Shown one piece after another: positions 63,198 to 64,000 of a DNA stretch of 64,000 nucleotides. A program made the translations under genes and the position numbers. Source of the stretch: Bacillota bacterium (lineage in GTDB: Bacteria; Bacillota; DTU065); NCBI GenBank assembly GCA_018435125.1, contig JAHDNZ010000029.1, positions 3,735 to 67,734 on the forward strand. The letters are read 5' to 3'. The notes under the pieces are model-generated. The model saw only the letters and a program-made list of their open reading frames with translations. It was not told the origin of the DNA and searched no databases. Each line of letters starts with the position of its first letter. Within the stretch, counting starts at the first letter, position 1.

Positions 63198-64000
63198 AGT
63201 TTAAATAGGTACTAATCTCATCAGGTCCTATACCTTGATGAAAAGCCGCATTTAATCCCCCGGCAATAACCTGGGCTAGGTCTTCAACCAGGCTGTCTAT
63301 CTGCCTTGGCGTTACAAAAAGACTGCCAAAATAGCGGGTGAGGATATCTCTGACTATCCTTGGCTTATCGACTTGACCTTGAGAGATCCGACCTGTATCA
63401 TAGCCTTTATTGGTCATGTAATCGACCGCATTTTCCACCAGGGTAATAGCATCTACTACCAGGGGTACTCCTATGGCAATTACCGGTATTCCTAAAGAAT
63501 CATAGTTTAGAGCTGCTCTTTGATTTCCCACACCGCTTCCGGGATTAATACCACTATCAGCGATCTGGATAGTAATGCCTAAGCGTTCGATTGAATTAGT
63601 AGCTAAGGCATCGATAGCTAGTATGATCTGTGGTGCATTTTCCTTTACCAGGGCTTTAACGATTTCAAATGTTTCCATACCGGTGGTACCTAAAACTCCC
63701 GGAGCCAGGGCCATAATCGATCTTAGACGCCCCTTTAATTCTGGGGGTACAAAGTTGCGCAGATGCCTGGTTACTAGAATCTTCTGCGTAACTAAAGGTC
63801 CGAGGGAATCCGGTGTAACCTGAGAATTACCAAGCCCTACTACTAAAATAGGTGCCTCCAAAGCCACTGAGGAGAGATATTTTTCTAGCTCACGCGCTAA
63901 AATAGTAGCCACTTCATTCTGTTTAGCTTTTTCTCTCAAACCTAAGCTGGGCGATTCTATGGTGACATAGGTACCTGGTGGTTTTCTCATCTGCATAGCC
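63196..64000 (-). CDS. gpr: germination protease GPR (N-terminus outside window)
   Basis: Conserved GLGNSQVTPDSLGP region. The frame stays open to the window edge. Confidence 0.85.
   Translation of the reverse strand, partial: AMQMRKPPGTYVTIESPSLGLREKAKQNEVATILARELEKYLSSVALEAPILVVGLGNSQVTPDSLGPLVTQKILVTRHLRNFVPPELKGRLRSIMALAPGVLGTTGMETFEIVKALVKENAPQIILAIDALATNSIERLGITIQIADSGINPGSGVGNQRAALNYDSLGIPVIAIGVPLVVDAITLVENAVDYMTNKGYDTGRISQGQVDKPRIVRDILTRYFGSLFVTPRQIDSLVEDLAQVIAGGLNAAFHQGIGPDEISTYLN

Overview
This window is a chromosome segment from a low-GC, endospore-forming Firmicute. It holds about 60 genes, almost all on the minus strand, in a Bacillus/Clostridia-like order.

Most of the window is conserved housekeeping and sporulation gene clusters. 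A roughly 6-kb variable block sits at 7.7-14 kb. It carries a TspO family protein, a secreted beta-propeller protein, a CE7 esterase plus CE4 deacetylase pair, and a sodium:solute symporter. A conserved, structured intergenic region between aspS and tcdA looks like a 6S RNA. The second half contains the dnaJ-dnaK-grpE-hrcA operon with a textbook CIRCE operator, hemW-lepA, and the sporulation genes spoIIP and gpr.

The part most worth a second look is a roughly 6-kb AT-rich island at about 38.65-44.79 kb. It interrupts the otherwise conserved yqfC / yqfB-floA-nfeD neighbourhood. It carries a tightly coupled operon of an AraC/GyrI-like regulator, a UvrD/PcrA-like SF1 helicase with a C-terminal Tudor-like domain, and a 302-aa protein of unknown function. 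A decayed pseudogene with prenyltransferase/terpene-cyclase-type repeats and about 0.7 kb of non-coding DNA on each side complete the island.

Next to the island, a sigmaW-like ECF sigma/anti-sigma pair with a perfect TGAAAC-N16-CGTA promoter is translationally fused to nfeD-floA-yqfB. Other notable items are a DgkA-PAP2 fusion protein, a sigmaE-type promoter for spoIIP, and hisS apparently lacking a T-box leader.

I saw no CRISPR arrays, rRNA or tRNA genes, integrases or transposases.
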